DNA of 64,000 bases, from the IMG/VR virus record IMGVR_UViG_2974628631_000001, positions 32,001 to 96,000 of that record. One strand, 5' to 3'. Source of the stretch: a virus. Lineage: Duplodnaviria > Caudoviricetes. The notes under the pieces were generated by a model. It worked only from the letters and a program-made list of their open reading frames with translations, had not been told where the DNA came from and did no database searches. This document shows positions 21,191-30,323 of this stretch, piece after piece (the stretch's first letter is position 1; every line of letters starts with the position of its first letter). Position numbers and translations under genes: made by a program.

Positions 21191-21517
21191 ATGAGCGAGG
21201 CGGATGAAATCAAGCGTGATGGTGCTACGCCCGTAAAGAATTCCGGTAGGTCCAAGGGAACGAATAAGGGTGATGCCATCCTTGAGCCGTTTCTGGTAGA
21301 CTACAAGGAGTACAACAAGACGTTTGGTGTCAGTAAGGAATTCTGGGCTAAGATTTCCACTGACGCGATTAACAATGGTCGTCGTCAGCCTGCTCTTAAG
21401 CTGGTAATTCGAGACAGTGATGACCCTGAATCAAGAACTCCCAAGACTCGCCTTTGGGTTATTGGAGATGCCATGTTTCACGAAATGCTTGAGGCTTGGA
21501 AGGAAAAGTATGAGTAG
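21191..21517 (+). CDS. PD-(D/E)XK Holliday-junction resolvase-like nuclease
   Basis: NSG...KGDA...VDYK motif. Confidence 0.65.
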   Translation: MSEADEIKRDGATPVKNSGRSKGTNKGDAILEPFLVDYKEYNKTFGVSKEFWAKISTDAINNGRRQPALKLVIRDSDDPESRTPKTRLWVIGDAMFHEMLEAWKEKYE

Positions 21518-21884
21518 ATTCTTTGTACTTCCTGAGGATGGTATTGGGCCGGGTGGTCAGATTTATTTCCGCAAGCATAAGGGAAATGACCGATGGTACA
21601 ATCTCTTTTTGGATGACAAGAAGGTTGGCATGATTATGAAGGACCCTGTCTGGAATAACTGGAATGCCATTTCATATTGTGATGACAGCAGGTGGTTTGC
21701 AGTTCGAACCATGGATGGATTTTCACGTCGGATGGCAGCAGCAGAATTCATTATCAAGCACTGGGGCTATTGGCTCAGTGATGAACGAGAGAACATCAAG
21801 AGCGAAATCCGGGCGGAAAAGTTCATCACCAAGTTCCGAATGAATAAGACTCTCGAAATTATGAAGGGGCATAGAAAGATTTGA
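21510..21884 (+). CDS. hypothetical protein
   Basis: Coupled ORF. Confidence 0.55.
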   Translation: MSRFFVLPEDGIGPGGQIYFRKHKGNDRWYNLFLDDKKVGMIMKDPVWNNWNAISYCDDSRWFAVRTMDGFSRRMAAAEFIIKHWGYWLSDERENIKSEIRAEKFITKFRMNKTLEIMKGHRKI

Positions 21885-22282
21885 AGTATAAGAGTAGACA
21901 GGTAGACATTGATGCAATTCAGTTTACTGGCGAAAACTGGAATGAAGTGGAACAGTTCGCTGGTACTCATTGGATTGACATCGATGTTTATATGACAAAC
22001 TTCCTTCCCGCAGAAGAGATGTGGGTGGATATTCCTGAAGGTGTCGTAGCAATTGTTTGGGTGACCGAAGATAAGCTATGGGCACCAGTGCGAGTGGGTG
22101 ACTACATCGTCAAGCGCTCTGAAGACAATGTGTATCCTTCACGGCAGTCCTACTTTGAAGAAAAGTACGAGCCTGCCGAAATGAAGGTGGAGGTAAATCT
22201 TCAGGGTGGTGTTGTAACTGCTGAGCAAATTAACAGGGCGGTTGGACACAGGATTCAGCAGAGTAGGAGGTTCAGGGGTTGA
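21881..22282 (+). CDS. hypothetical protein
   Basis: IDAIQFTGEN...VGDYIVK..YP...FEEKYE common phage family. Confidence 0.65.
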   Translation: MKYKSRQVDIDAIQFTGENWNEVEQFAGTHWIDIDVYMTNFLPAEEMWVDIPEGVVAIVWVTEDKLWAPVRVGDYIVKRSEDNVYPSRQSYFEEKYEPAEMKVEVNLQGGVVTAEQINRAVGHRIQQSRRFRG

Positions 22283-22608
22283 ACGATGAGAACCCTCTAG
22301 AGACAGTCTCTACAATTACTGAATTCAATGACCTCACTGAATTCATGCAGGACCCTCAGCTAGACAGGGCATTGGATTTGGCAATTAAGTGTATTGCCAA
22401 TCCAGAGATTGCAGCGACCAAGGCTCCGAAGTTGATTGTGGAGCTTCAGGCTATCTCATTCAAATTTGCAGTAAAGGCTGTAGAGTATGCGACCATTAAG
22501 AAAGACCGGGCGGGTACTGAAAACAATCATCGAAAGAATGTTTACTACAGCACAAAGGAAGCACTAGACCGTTTGGTAGACGCTCTAAAGTACGCAGCTA
22601 GAGCATAA
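22279..22608 (+). CDS. hypothetical protein
   Basis: Coupled ORF with AGGAGG RBS. Confidence 0.6.
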   Translation: MNDENPLETVSTITEFNDLTEFMQDPQLDRALDLAIKCIANPEIAATKAPKLIVELQAISFKFAVKAVEYATIKKDRAGTENNHRKNVYYSTKEALDRLVDALKYAARA

Positions 22609-22669
22609 ACTAGTCAACCAAGAATCTATGTGTTACAATTAATGTACAATAAACGAAACTAAGGATGAG

Positions 22670-23452
22670 ATGGCAAGAGATATTATTCAGGGCCTGAAGT
22701 TTCGTGTCCAGCCCAAGGGTTTCGATGCTAATAAGCTCTCCGAAATCCTTGAGGCTGCGTACATGAAGCAGCGACGACCTGACAAGCACACACAAAAGAA
22801 GACCTTTTCCCCTAGCACTATTGGCTATGGTCATGGAACGTGTCCGCGATATTGGTTCCTCGCATTTACCGGCGGACCTTATGTCGATGTAGTAGACGCT
22901 CTAGGTATTGCCAATATGTCTAATGGAACACAGGCTCATGAGCGCATCGAGAAGTTGTTCGATGACTCTGGTATCCGTCTTGGAAACGAGATTGAGATTA
23001 CAATGACAGACCCGCCCGTGCGCGGGTTTGCTGATGTTGAGATTACGTGGGAAGGAGAAGAGGTCATTGGTGAAATCAAGACTACTCGACAGGAAGCCTT
23101 CCTTGTACGTCAGTCTACAATGAAGCCGAGTGCCAATCACCTTTTCCAGATTCTCATTTATATGCGTGCAAGAAAGCGCAGGATTGGCTTCTTGCTATAC
23201 GAAAATAAGAATTCTCAGGAATTCCTTATCATTCCTATTGAGATGAATGATACCAACTCAGCCATTCTGGACAAGGCTCTGGATTGGATGAGAGAGGTTT
23301 ACAAGTCATACGAAGAGGGTCAGGTTCCTGAGCGTCCCCTGACACGACGTAGTAAGATTTGCAAGAGTTGTCCATTCTATGAATGGTGCTGGAGTGATGA
23401 CTCTCCAGAGGGAATGATTGAAATTCCTGTAATGGAGGTTCCAAAGATTTGA
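22670..23452 (+). CDS. Cas4-family exonuclease (solo)
   Basis: CPRY, H, GFAD, EIKT, QILIY, CKSCPFYEWC Fe-S signature. Confidence 0.88.
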   Translation: MARDIIQGLKFRVQPKGFDANKLSEILEAAYMKQRRPDKHTQKKTFSPSTIGYGHGTCPRYWFLAFTGGPYVDVVDALGIANMSNGTQAHERIEKLFDDSGIRLGNEIEITMTDPPVRGFADVEITWEGEEVIGEIKTTRQEAFLVRQSTMKPSANHLFQILIYMRARKRRIGFLLYENKNSQEFLIIPIEMNDTNSAILDKALDWMREVYKSYEEGQVPERPLTRRSKICKSCPFYEWCWSDDSPEGMIEIPVMEVPKI

Positions 23453-23733
23453 AAACATGTGCATACGCTGAGTGTGGCCAACAGTTTGAAGCAAAGACGC
23501 ATAATCAGCGATATTGCTCAGATGACTGCTGCCGTAAGGCAACCAACGCTCGGTTGATGGAGCAGTACTACGAAAAGAAGGCCAGAAGGCAGGGCCACAT
23601 TCGTGTATGCAACACTCCCGAATGCAATACTCGTCTCAACAGATACAATGACAGTAATGTATGTGGGAAGTGTGAAGCAGAACAGAAGGCGAAAGCCAGA
23701 ACTGAACTGCTGTTGACCTTTTCAGGAATTTAA
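23449..23733 (+). CDS. zinc-finger protein
   Basis: CAYAEC..YCSDDCC..CNTPEC..CGKC. Confidence 0.65.
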   Translation: MKTCAYAECGQQFEAKTHNQRYCSDDCCRKATNARLMEQYYEKKARRQGHIRVCNTPECNTRLNRYNDSNVCGKCEAEQKAKARTELLLTFSGI

Positions 23734-23739
23734 TCGCAA

Positions 23740-24327
23740 ATGGCACTAGTAGATTTGAAGAGGACGAAGGCAAGCCGGGTTATGGGCATTGACTGCTCAA
23801 CCCACTCACTTGCCTTTACCATCTTTTACAATAGAAGACCCATTCAGTGGGGAAAGATTACCTTTGAAGGTAACGACGTTTTTGAACGTCTAGAGGATGC
23901 TGCGAATAAATTGCGGGCAGTCAAGGACGAATTTAATGTTGACTACATCGCATTTGAAGCAGCTATTCTTGCCAAGACGAAGAATGCTGACGTAACAATT
24001 AAACTAGCCATGGTGTACGGAGCCTGCATTGCAGAGCTTATGCGTAAGGGCGTGAAGGTTGTTACTGTCAAGCCGCTGTCTTGGCAGTCTTACATTGGCA
24101 ATCCAAACTTCAAGGTAGCTGAAAAGAATGCCTTGAAGGTCGAATATCCCGGAAAGTCTGCATCATGGTACTCGTCTAAGATTCGAGAAATCAGGAAGCA
24201 GAGAACGATGGACTATTTCAATAAGAAGTGGCCCAAAATGGAACTTGAAGACAACGATGTTGGAGATTCCGCAGGGATTGCATATTTCGCATATTACCAA
24301 CTTACTACTCGCGGTTCAATTGAGTAG
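23740..24327 (+). CDS. RuvC-like resolvase
   Basis: MGIDCST, IAFE, DNDVGDS acidic residues. Confidence 0.85.
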   Translation: MALVDLKRTKASRVMGIDCSTHSLAFTIFYNRRPIQWGKITFEGNDVFERLEDAANKLRAVKDEFNVDYIAFEAAILAKTKNADVTIKLAMVYGACIAELMRKGVKVVTVKPLSWQSYIGNPNFKVAEKNALKVEYPGKSASWYSSKIREIRKQRTMDYFNKKWPKMELEDNDVGDSAGIAYFAYYQLTTRGSIE

Positions 24328-24344
24328 TATGCTATAATGTTTAC

Positions 24345-24905
24345 ATGAGACAAAGTGTAAATATTGATGAACGGTACGGAAAGTGGACGGTGGTTGGATT
24401 CAACCCTGGCCACAGGAACCGTATTCTGGTACGATGCGACTGTGGCACTGAGCAGGCCACCACCACTAATAATCTAGTGGCTGGTAAAACCACTCAGTGC
24501 CGAAGCTGTGGAAGTACAGGCAAGCCTAGTAATGCCAAGAGAAGAATCACGGGTACCCACCTTGCGGCTATGGATAAGTTCTATGACTACAGGAAAAGTG
24601 CCAAGAAGCGTGGACATGAATGGGCATTGACTTTTGAAGAGTTCAAAGAGGTTACCCAATTTGAATGCTTCTATTGCGGATGCCCTCCGTGGAATATTAA
24701 TTCACTTCCTGAAAAGGAATGGGCAGAGGACTTTATCTATAATGGACTGGATAGGGTTGATAATTCTGATGGATACAGGAGGGGAAATGTAGTTGCCTGT
24801 TGTAAGATTTGCAATTACATGAAGAGAGACTTGCCACTAGAAGAATTTGTAATCCATATCTTCTCTATTGCCAAAAAGCTTAGAGAAACAGGAGGTATAA
24901 ATTAA
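24345..24905 (+). CDS. HNH homing endonuclease
   Basis: RYGKWTV..CDCG N-domain; CFYCG..NGLDRVDN..GY..GNVVACCKICNYMK. Confidence 0.87.
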   Translation: MRQSVNIDERYGKWTVVGFNPGHRNRILVRCDCGTEQATTTNNLVAGKTTQCRSCGSTGKPSNAKRRITGTHLAAMDKFYDYRKSAKKRGHEWALTFEEFKEVTQFECFYCGCPPWNINSLPEKEWAEDFIYNGLDRVDNSDGYRRGNVVACCKICNYMKRDLPLEEFVIHIFSIAKKLRETGGIN

Positions 24906-25396
24906 TGGTTTGGGTTGGAATTACCGGCCATCGACCGGAACGACTTGAAGACCACGAGGATGCTGTAAAGGAGCTTATCTCTGAAGCGCTACAGCATTAT
25001 GGAGCGACGAGACTTTTTCAGGGCATGGCTGCTGGAGTTGACCTGTGGTCTGCCAAGGAGGCTTGGAAGCTCAAGATTCCTTACACGGCTTGCAAGCCCT
25101 GGGCTGGTCATTTACCACGAGTTGGTGATATGATTGAGTACACGAAGGTAATTAAGCACGCAGACCAGATTGTTGACGTGTCTCCTCATTTTGAATATCC
25201 GGGACCATGGGTTTATGGAAAGAGAAATGAGTTCATCGTGGATAGTGCAAGAGCCATGATTGCAGTTTGGGATGGGCAACCTTATGGTGGAACTTATCAC
25301 TGCATTTCCTATGCTTGGAGTAAGTCTATCCCAGTCTTGAGAATTGACCCAGAGGAGCGAGAAATTGGGTATGTCTCGGAAGAAGTACCATTCTAA
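24905..25396 (+). CDS. SLOG/YspA (DUF1273)-like nucleotide-binding protein
   Basis: GITGHRP, GMAAGVD, RNEFIVD, AVWDG..GGT. Confidence 0.8.
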   Translation: MVWVGITGHRPERLEDHEDAVKELISEALQHYGATRLFQGMAAGVDLWSAKEAWKLKIPYTACKPWAGHLPRVGDMIEYTKVIKHADQIVDVSPHFEYPGPWVYGKRNEFIVDSARAMIAVWDGQPYGGTYHCISYAWSKSIPVLRIDPEEREIGYVSEEVPF

Positions 25397-25523
25397 GAAA
25401 TGGCTTCATAAAAGGTATATTCTAGAAGATAAAACAGTAGAACAAATTGCAGCAGAATGCGATGTTTCTAAAATGACAATCTCTAGATATCTAGAAGTAT
25501 TTAAGATTACCAAGAGAAGGTAA
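25371..25523 (+). CDS. small HTH DNA-binding protein (50 aa, not in ORF track)
   Basis: Hand translation: MSRKKYHSKKWLHKRYILEDKTVEQIAAECDVSKMTISRYLEVFKITKRR. Confidence 0.7.
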   Translation: MSRKKYHSKKWLHKRYILEDKTVEQIAAECDVSKMTISRYLEVFKITKRR

Positions 25524-26147
25524 ATGAAATATACAATCTTTAATGTAACTAGCGAAAGGCAACATTATATTGATATGATGTTGCCCAAGCTATCGACATG
25601 GGAACGAGCACAGACCTATGTCGTAGATGCCAGAATTCCAGAAGAATTCGAAAAGGCTAGAAAGAGGTTCCCTTATCAAATCAAGTTCGACGCAAAAATT
25701 GGACACATGGGAATCTGGTACTCTGTGCTCACAGCGCTTGAAAACGCACCCATCGTAACCTTTGAGGATGACGCTTTGCTACACGATAAATTCATCAGAG
25801 AATTTGATGCGAGAGTAGCCGAACTTCCTGAAGACTTTGACTTCTTTTCGCTATTCGTTCCAAGGGATAGCGACCATATGTATGCCAGTGAAAAATCGGC
25901 GGGTTGGTACATTACGCGTACCTACCAAAGATATGGTGGAGTATCAATGTACTATTCAAAGCAGGGTGCGGAGAAGATTAAGGCTTTGCTAGAACGAGAT
26001 GACATTACCGGACAGTACGATGACACTCTGTATGAATACTCAAAGACTGGCGAATTGAACGGATACTGCTCAAAGCCATCGATGCAAGACCTTGTGTTCA
26101 TCACTGGTAGTGAGAACAGTTCAGTACAGGATACAGATTATCTATGA
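25524..26147 (+). CDS. glycosyltransferase (GT25-like)
   Basis: ERQHY...G..S....TFEDDA...Y.SKQGAEK. Confidence 0.7.
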   Translation: MKYTIFNVTSERQHYIDMMLPKLSTWERAQTYVVDARIPEEFEKARKRFPYQIKFDAKIGHMGIWYSVLTALENAPIVTFEDDALLHDKFIREFDARVAELPEDFDFFSLFVPRDSDHMYASEKSAGWYITRTYQRYGGVSMYYSKQGAEKIKALLERDDITGQYDDTLYEYSKTGELNGYCSKPSMQDLVFITGSENSSVQDTDYL

Positions 26148-26794
26148 GAATGCTAATTATTGTGCCTACAAGAGGTAGGCCAGACAATGCCGCAAGATTG
26201 TGGAAGGCTTTTATTGACACAGACACACAGGCTGATGTAGTCTTCTGTGCAGACAATGATGACCCATCCCTAGAAGACTATGACGCACTCGACATCCCAC
26301 TTTGGGTTGGCCCCAGAAAGCGTCTTGTCGGAACTTTGAACGATGTATCGTCTCACTTTGTCAATGACTTTGATATTATCGGCTTCCTTGGTGACGATAC
26401 ATTGCCCAAAGAAAAGAACTGGGACCAACAAATCATTGACAGTTACCAGAAGAACATGGTAGCCTATGGAAACGATGGCCATCAGGGCGAGGGTTTGCCA
26501 ACCGGAGTATTTTTGGACAGCCGCATCGTGAAAAACTTGGGCTATATGGTGCCCCCGACATTTATCCACCTGTTCGCAGACAATTACTGGAAGGCACTTG
26601 GTGAGGCTCTAGGTACTTTGACGTACCTCCCCGACCTTGACATTGAGCATCTACACCCGTATGCTGGCAAGGCTACTCATGACAGAACGTATGAGGAAGC
26701 AAATTCCGGGGCGGTTTGGGTAAATGATGAACTTGCCTTTCATAATTATGTGGATAACCAACTAGCCGTTGATGTGGAGAAGTTGAATGCCTAA
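26144..26794 (+). CDS. glycosyltransferase (GT2/GT-A fold)
   Basis: IIVPTRGRP, DNDD, LGDD, FADN, IEHLH. Confidence 0.8.
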   Translation: MRMLIIVPTRGRPDNAARLWKAFIDTDTQADVVFCADNDDPSLEDYDALDIPLWVGPRKRLVGTLNDVSSHFVNDFDIIGFLGDDTLPKEKNWDQQIIDSYQKNMVAYGNDGHQGEGLPTGVFLDSRIVKNLGYMVPPTFIHLFADNYWKALGEALGTLTYLPDLDIEHLHPYAGKATHDRTYEEANSGAVWVNDELAFHNYVDNQLAVDVEKLNA

Positions 26795-27248
26795 CGTATA
26801 TACTGGAGGAACATTTGACCTTTTCCATGAAGGGCATGTAGAGCTGCTGAGGTCTTGCAAGCGCCTAGCTGGTGATGGTAAGGTGGTGGTTGCGCTCAAT
26901 ACAGATGAGTTCATCGGACGATTCAAGAACAACCTTCCCGTGCAGACTTTTCGTGAGCGTAAGACTGTGCTAGAATCATGTCGATACGTAGACCTAGTCA
27001 TTCCTAATGTTGGTGAAGAGGATTCTAAAGTGACCATCATTGAGGCTTGCAGTGTCCTTCATAAAATGGGGGAAAGCCTCATTGAGGTAATCGCTATTGG
27101 TTCAGATTGGGCCGGTAGAGATTACTATGGCCAAATGGGGTTCACCAAAGAATGGCTTGATGAAAATGATTTGATTCTGGTGTACATTGACAGAAGGACT
27201 GGAATGTCCACCACAAAGATTAAGGATAAGTTGAAGAATGGTTCCTGA
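26787..27248 (+). CDS. cytidylyltransferase (TagD/RfaE-like)
   Basis: GGTFDLFHEGH, LNTDEF, GSDW, MSTTKI. Confidence 0.9.
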   Translation: MPNVYTGGTFDLFHEGHVELLRSCKRLAGDGKVVVALNTDEFIGRFKNNLPVQTFRERKTVLESCRYVDLVIPNVGEEDSKVTIIEACSVLHKMGESLIEVIAIGSDWAGRDYYGQMGFTKEWLDENDLILVYIDRRTGMSTTKIKDKLKNGS

Positions 27249-27407
27249 AGACGGTAAATATCGTGGAATTGATATTCCCGGAATGGTAAAACTCCACTGG
27301 GAATCCAAGCCGGGACGTTGGTGGAGAAAGGGCGTGGATAGCGTTCTTGATGGTGATATGTACAATGAACTTGCTGAGACAGCTTGGATGTACAAGGAGT
27401 TGGAGAA

Positions 27408-27899
27408 ATGAAGAAGTTTGTATTTGTTGACACTGAGACTACGGGCCTTGATTCTACGAAGGATAAGTTGGTAGAGGTCACGTATGCTGTAGAAAACGAT
27501 GAGCCTCTAACGCTTTTCTTTGGTGTCAAGAAGGTCCCTGCCTTTATCGATGACCTGACTAAGTTTTCTGCCCGGCGGGTATATGATGAGCCTGCGGCAA
27601 CAGAAGAGCAGCTAGATGAATTTAGGGAAACCCTTCGTAATCAGACTATGGTTGCAGCCAACCCCAAGTTTGATGTGGGCTTCCTTGAAGCGAATGGTCT
27701 GTATACCGCTCACTACAGGACGCTTGATGTTCAGTCTTATGCCATGGCTAAGCTGAATCTCAGTTTCCTTCCAAGCATGAACGAAATTCACTTTGCTCTT
27801 CGGGCTCGTGGATTTTCATTCACTGAGCCTGACCACTCGTCACGCAATGATGTACTGTTCATGCGTGAGGCATTCAATGTATTGAGGTATCAAATTTAA
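27408..27899 (+). CDS. DnaQ-like (DEDDh) 3'-5' exonuclease
   Basis: VDTETTGLD, NPKFD, HSSRND. Confidence 0.85.
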   Translation: MKKFVFVDTETTGLDSTKDKLVEVTYAVENDEPLTLFFGVKKVPAFIDDLTKFSARRVYDEPAATEEQLDEFRETLRNQTMVAANPKFDVGFLEANGLYTAHYRTLDVQSYAMAKLNLSFLPSMNEIHFALRARGFSFTEPDHSSRNDVLFMREAFNVLRYQI

Positions 27900-28450
27900 T
27901 GATTATCGGCTTGGCAGGATATGCTAGGTCAGGTAAGGATTCGGCAGCCGATGCTCTTCAGAGTGTCGGCTTTCGCCGTATTGCCTTCGCTGACAAGTTG
28001 AGAGAATTTGTGTATGCTCTCAATCCAGAGGTTGACGGTGGTCCGATGGGGGTGTATCCTCTCAAGGAAATCATCGACCAGTATGGATGGGGAGAATACA
28101 AGAACACGTATTGGGGAGATAGTATTCGAGAACAGCTACAGTTCATTGGAACTGATTGTGTTCGAAACATTCTAGGTCCAGATACATGGGTGAACGCCAC
28201 TTTTAATGCAATTGACTTCACACAGGATTACGTCATCACAGATGTACGCTTTCCCAATGAGGCTGAAGGCATTCGAGAAAAGGGCGGGCTGGTTTACAGG
28301 GTTCTCCGTGAAGGAGTGGGTCCAGCTAACGGACACTATTCAGAAGTAGCCCTTGATGATTTCCCATTTGATGATGTCATTTTGAACTATGGCACTCTTA
28401 CTGAGTTCCATGAGAACGTAAGGAGTCGTTTCGTTGAGGGTAGGAATTGA
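27899..28450 (+). CDS. deoxynucleoside monophosphate kinase
   Basis: IIGLAGYARSGKDS, FADKL, ITDVRFPNE, HYSE. Confidence 0.9.
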   Translation: MIIGLAGYARSGKDSAADALQSVGFRRIAFADKLREFVYALNPEVDGGPMGVYPLKEIIDQYGWGEYKNTYWGDSIREQLQFIGTDCVRNILGPDTWVNATFNAIDFTQDYVITDVRFPNEAEGIREKGGLVYRVLREGVGPANGHYSEVALDDFPFDDVILNYGTLTEFHENVRSRFVEGRN

Positions 28451-29003
28451 CCTTGATGGTGTCTGCTATAACTTTGCAGACTCTTTCATTCATTACATTA
28501 CCGGAATTGACCATAAGTACAACATCCCTAAGTATGATGGTGAGGTTGACAAGTGGCACTTTTACCGAGACTGGGGAATGACTGACGAAGAGTTTGTTAA
28601 GCACTGTCACAATGGTGCAGACGACATGATTATCTTTCGTCAGGGAGGTCAGCGGGATAATGCTGCGGAGGCTATCGATTTTATGAGGGCGTTCGGCAAC
28701 ACTATTCACATCGTGACTGACCGTTCTTTCGGCACAACCCCTGAGTCATCTGAGGACAATACTCGTTGGTGGCTTTTCAGCCATGGAATCCACTATGATA
28801 CACTTACGTTCTCAGCGGATAAGACTTCCGTAGAAACCGATGTATTCATTGAGGACAAGTTGGAGAACTACGATGCACTTGTTGCGGCGGGTGTGGACTG
28901 CTATCTTGTAGACAGGCCATGGAATCAGGATGACACAAAGTATCGTAAGCGAGTTCGCAGTATTCAGCAATTCGCTACTCTAGTCGGCTGTATGTCCATT
29001 TGA
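28434..29003 (+). CDS. HAD 5'(3')-deoxyribonucleotidase
   Basis: IDLDGV, VTDR, FIEDK, RPWN. Confidence 0.85.
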   Translation: MRVGIDLDGVCYNFADSFIHYITGIDHKYNIPKYDGEVDKWHFYRDWGMTDEEFVKHCHNGADDMIIFRQGGQRDNAAEAIDFMRAFGNTIHIVTDRSFGTTPESSEDNTRWWLFSHGIHYDTLTFSADKTSVETDVFIEDKLENYDALVAAGVDCYLVDRPWNQDDTKYRKRVRSIQQFATLVGCMSI

Positions 29004-29046
29004 CTTTTTCAGTCAACCAGAATACAATTGACCTAGAAAGGAAATT

Positions 29047-29223
29047 ATGCCAATTTATACATACTGGTGTCAGTGCTGTGACAACGACCAAGAAAGATTG
29101 ATTCCTATCGCACAACGTGATGAGCAGAAGTGCGATGAATGCGGTAATCGACTTATCCGAGCAATTGATAGGCCCGGAGCAGTCTGGGCACCGACTAGCA
29201 CAGGTGGAGGTATGAAGGTATAA
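29047..29223 (+). CDS. FmdB-like zinc-ribbon protein (not in ORF track)
   Basis: Hand translation MPIYTYWCQCC...KCDECG..LIR. Confidence 0.7.
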   Translation: MPIYTYWCQCCDNDQERLIPIAQRDEQKCDECGNRLIRAIDRPGAVWAPTSTGGGMKV

Positions 29224-29534
29224 TGGCACCTAGAGGCAAAGCGGCTGCCAATCCAGATGCATGGTGGCAGCAGGCATACCAGAATCACCCCGATATTGAG
29301 GCTTCTTTTGAGTATGACCTCAACGGGGATACAATGGTTCCTGGTACGAAGTTCAAGGTAAAATATCATAGAGGTGAATTTAAGTTTCGCTGTATGGCAA
29401 CCAACGTCCGAACCGGTAAGGTTTGGATTGACTGCATCGAAGTTGGTTCTGCATTCAGGTCTTTCTACCCCGAATCACTGAAGGGTGTTGTAAAGCCTAA
29501 GCGTCGCCGTAGGCGAACTATTAAGAAGACGTGA
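29223..29534 (+). CDS. hypothetical protein
   Basis: GGAGG RBS; basic C-terminus. Confidence 0.6.
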   Translation: MAPRGKAAANPDAWWQQAYQNHPDIEASFEYDLNGDTMVPGTKFKVKYHRGEFKFRCMATNVRTGKVWIDCIEVGSAFRSFYPESLKGVVKPKRRRRRTIKKT

Positions 29535-29749
29535 GACGTTTTAACCTAGTAAGAAACGAAGATGAGTCCGGTGTCTCTGGCACCGGAAACGTCGCACAGG
29601 GAGTCCAGTTTGATGATGGAACCTGTACGATGAGATGGCTTACCGAGACTGCATCAACGGCGGTTTACGATAGCATCGGTGACCTTGAGAAGATTCATGG
29701 TCACGGCGGTAAGACTGTGATTGACTGGATTGACACTGTAAATGGCTAA
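29531..29749 (+). CDS. hypothetical protein
   Basis: DESGVSGTG.VA.GV.F.DG...IHGHGG, a recurrent actinophage small protein. Confidence 0.65.
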   Translation: MRRFNLVRNEDESGVSGTGNVAQGVQFDDGTCTMRWLTETASTAVYDSIGDLEKIHGHGGKTVIDWIDTVNG

Positions 29750-30284
29750 AGAAATCGAACTACTCGACAGATACGAGCAAATTAATGCCGTAGCCCAGAT
29801 GTATATCAAGGGCACCACGAACCCAACTACTATTGCTAAGGAGTTGGGTATTAAGCGTGCAGAAGCACTTGACCTCATTGAAGAGTGGCGTGATATCGCC
29901 AAGAGTAATGATGACATTCGTGAGCAGGCTTCGGAGGCTTTGCAGGCGGGTATTCAACACTATTCAATGATTGTAGAACGTTTCTGGGAAACTGTTGAGC
30001 AGGCCGATACTGCTGCCGATTACAAGACAAAGAATTCTGTTCTGAAGAACATCGCTGATGTTGAGGCCAAGAAGATTGATATGCTTCAAAAGGCCGGGTT
30101 GTATGATGATGCGTCCCTTGGTGATGAACTAGCAGAAATGGAAGAAAAGCAGGCTATCCTTGTAGGTATCCTGAAGGAAGTCACAAGCAATTGTGACCAC
30201 TGTAAGTTTGAAGTCGCTCGTCGCCTTGCAAAGGTAACGGGCAAGACTGAGCCAGTAACTATTGCTGGGGAGGTAAGCGAATAA
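29742..30284 (+). CDS. HTH protein, candidate terminase small subunit
   Basis: N-terminal HTH (TIAKELGI), helical; immediately upstream of terL. Confidence 0.55.
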   Translation: MAKEIELLDRYEQINAVAQMYIKGTTNPTTIAKELGIKRAEALDLIEEWRDIAKSNDDIREQASEALQAGIQHYSMIVERFWETVEQADTAADYKTKNSVLKNIADVEAKKIDMLQKAGLYDDASLGDELAEMEEKQAILVGILKEVTSNCDHCKFEVARRLAKVTGKTEPVTIAGEVSE

Positions 30285-30323
30285 AACCCTGCCGCGAAAG
30301 CGGTGGGGCTATTCGTGTTTCTC

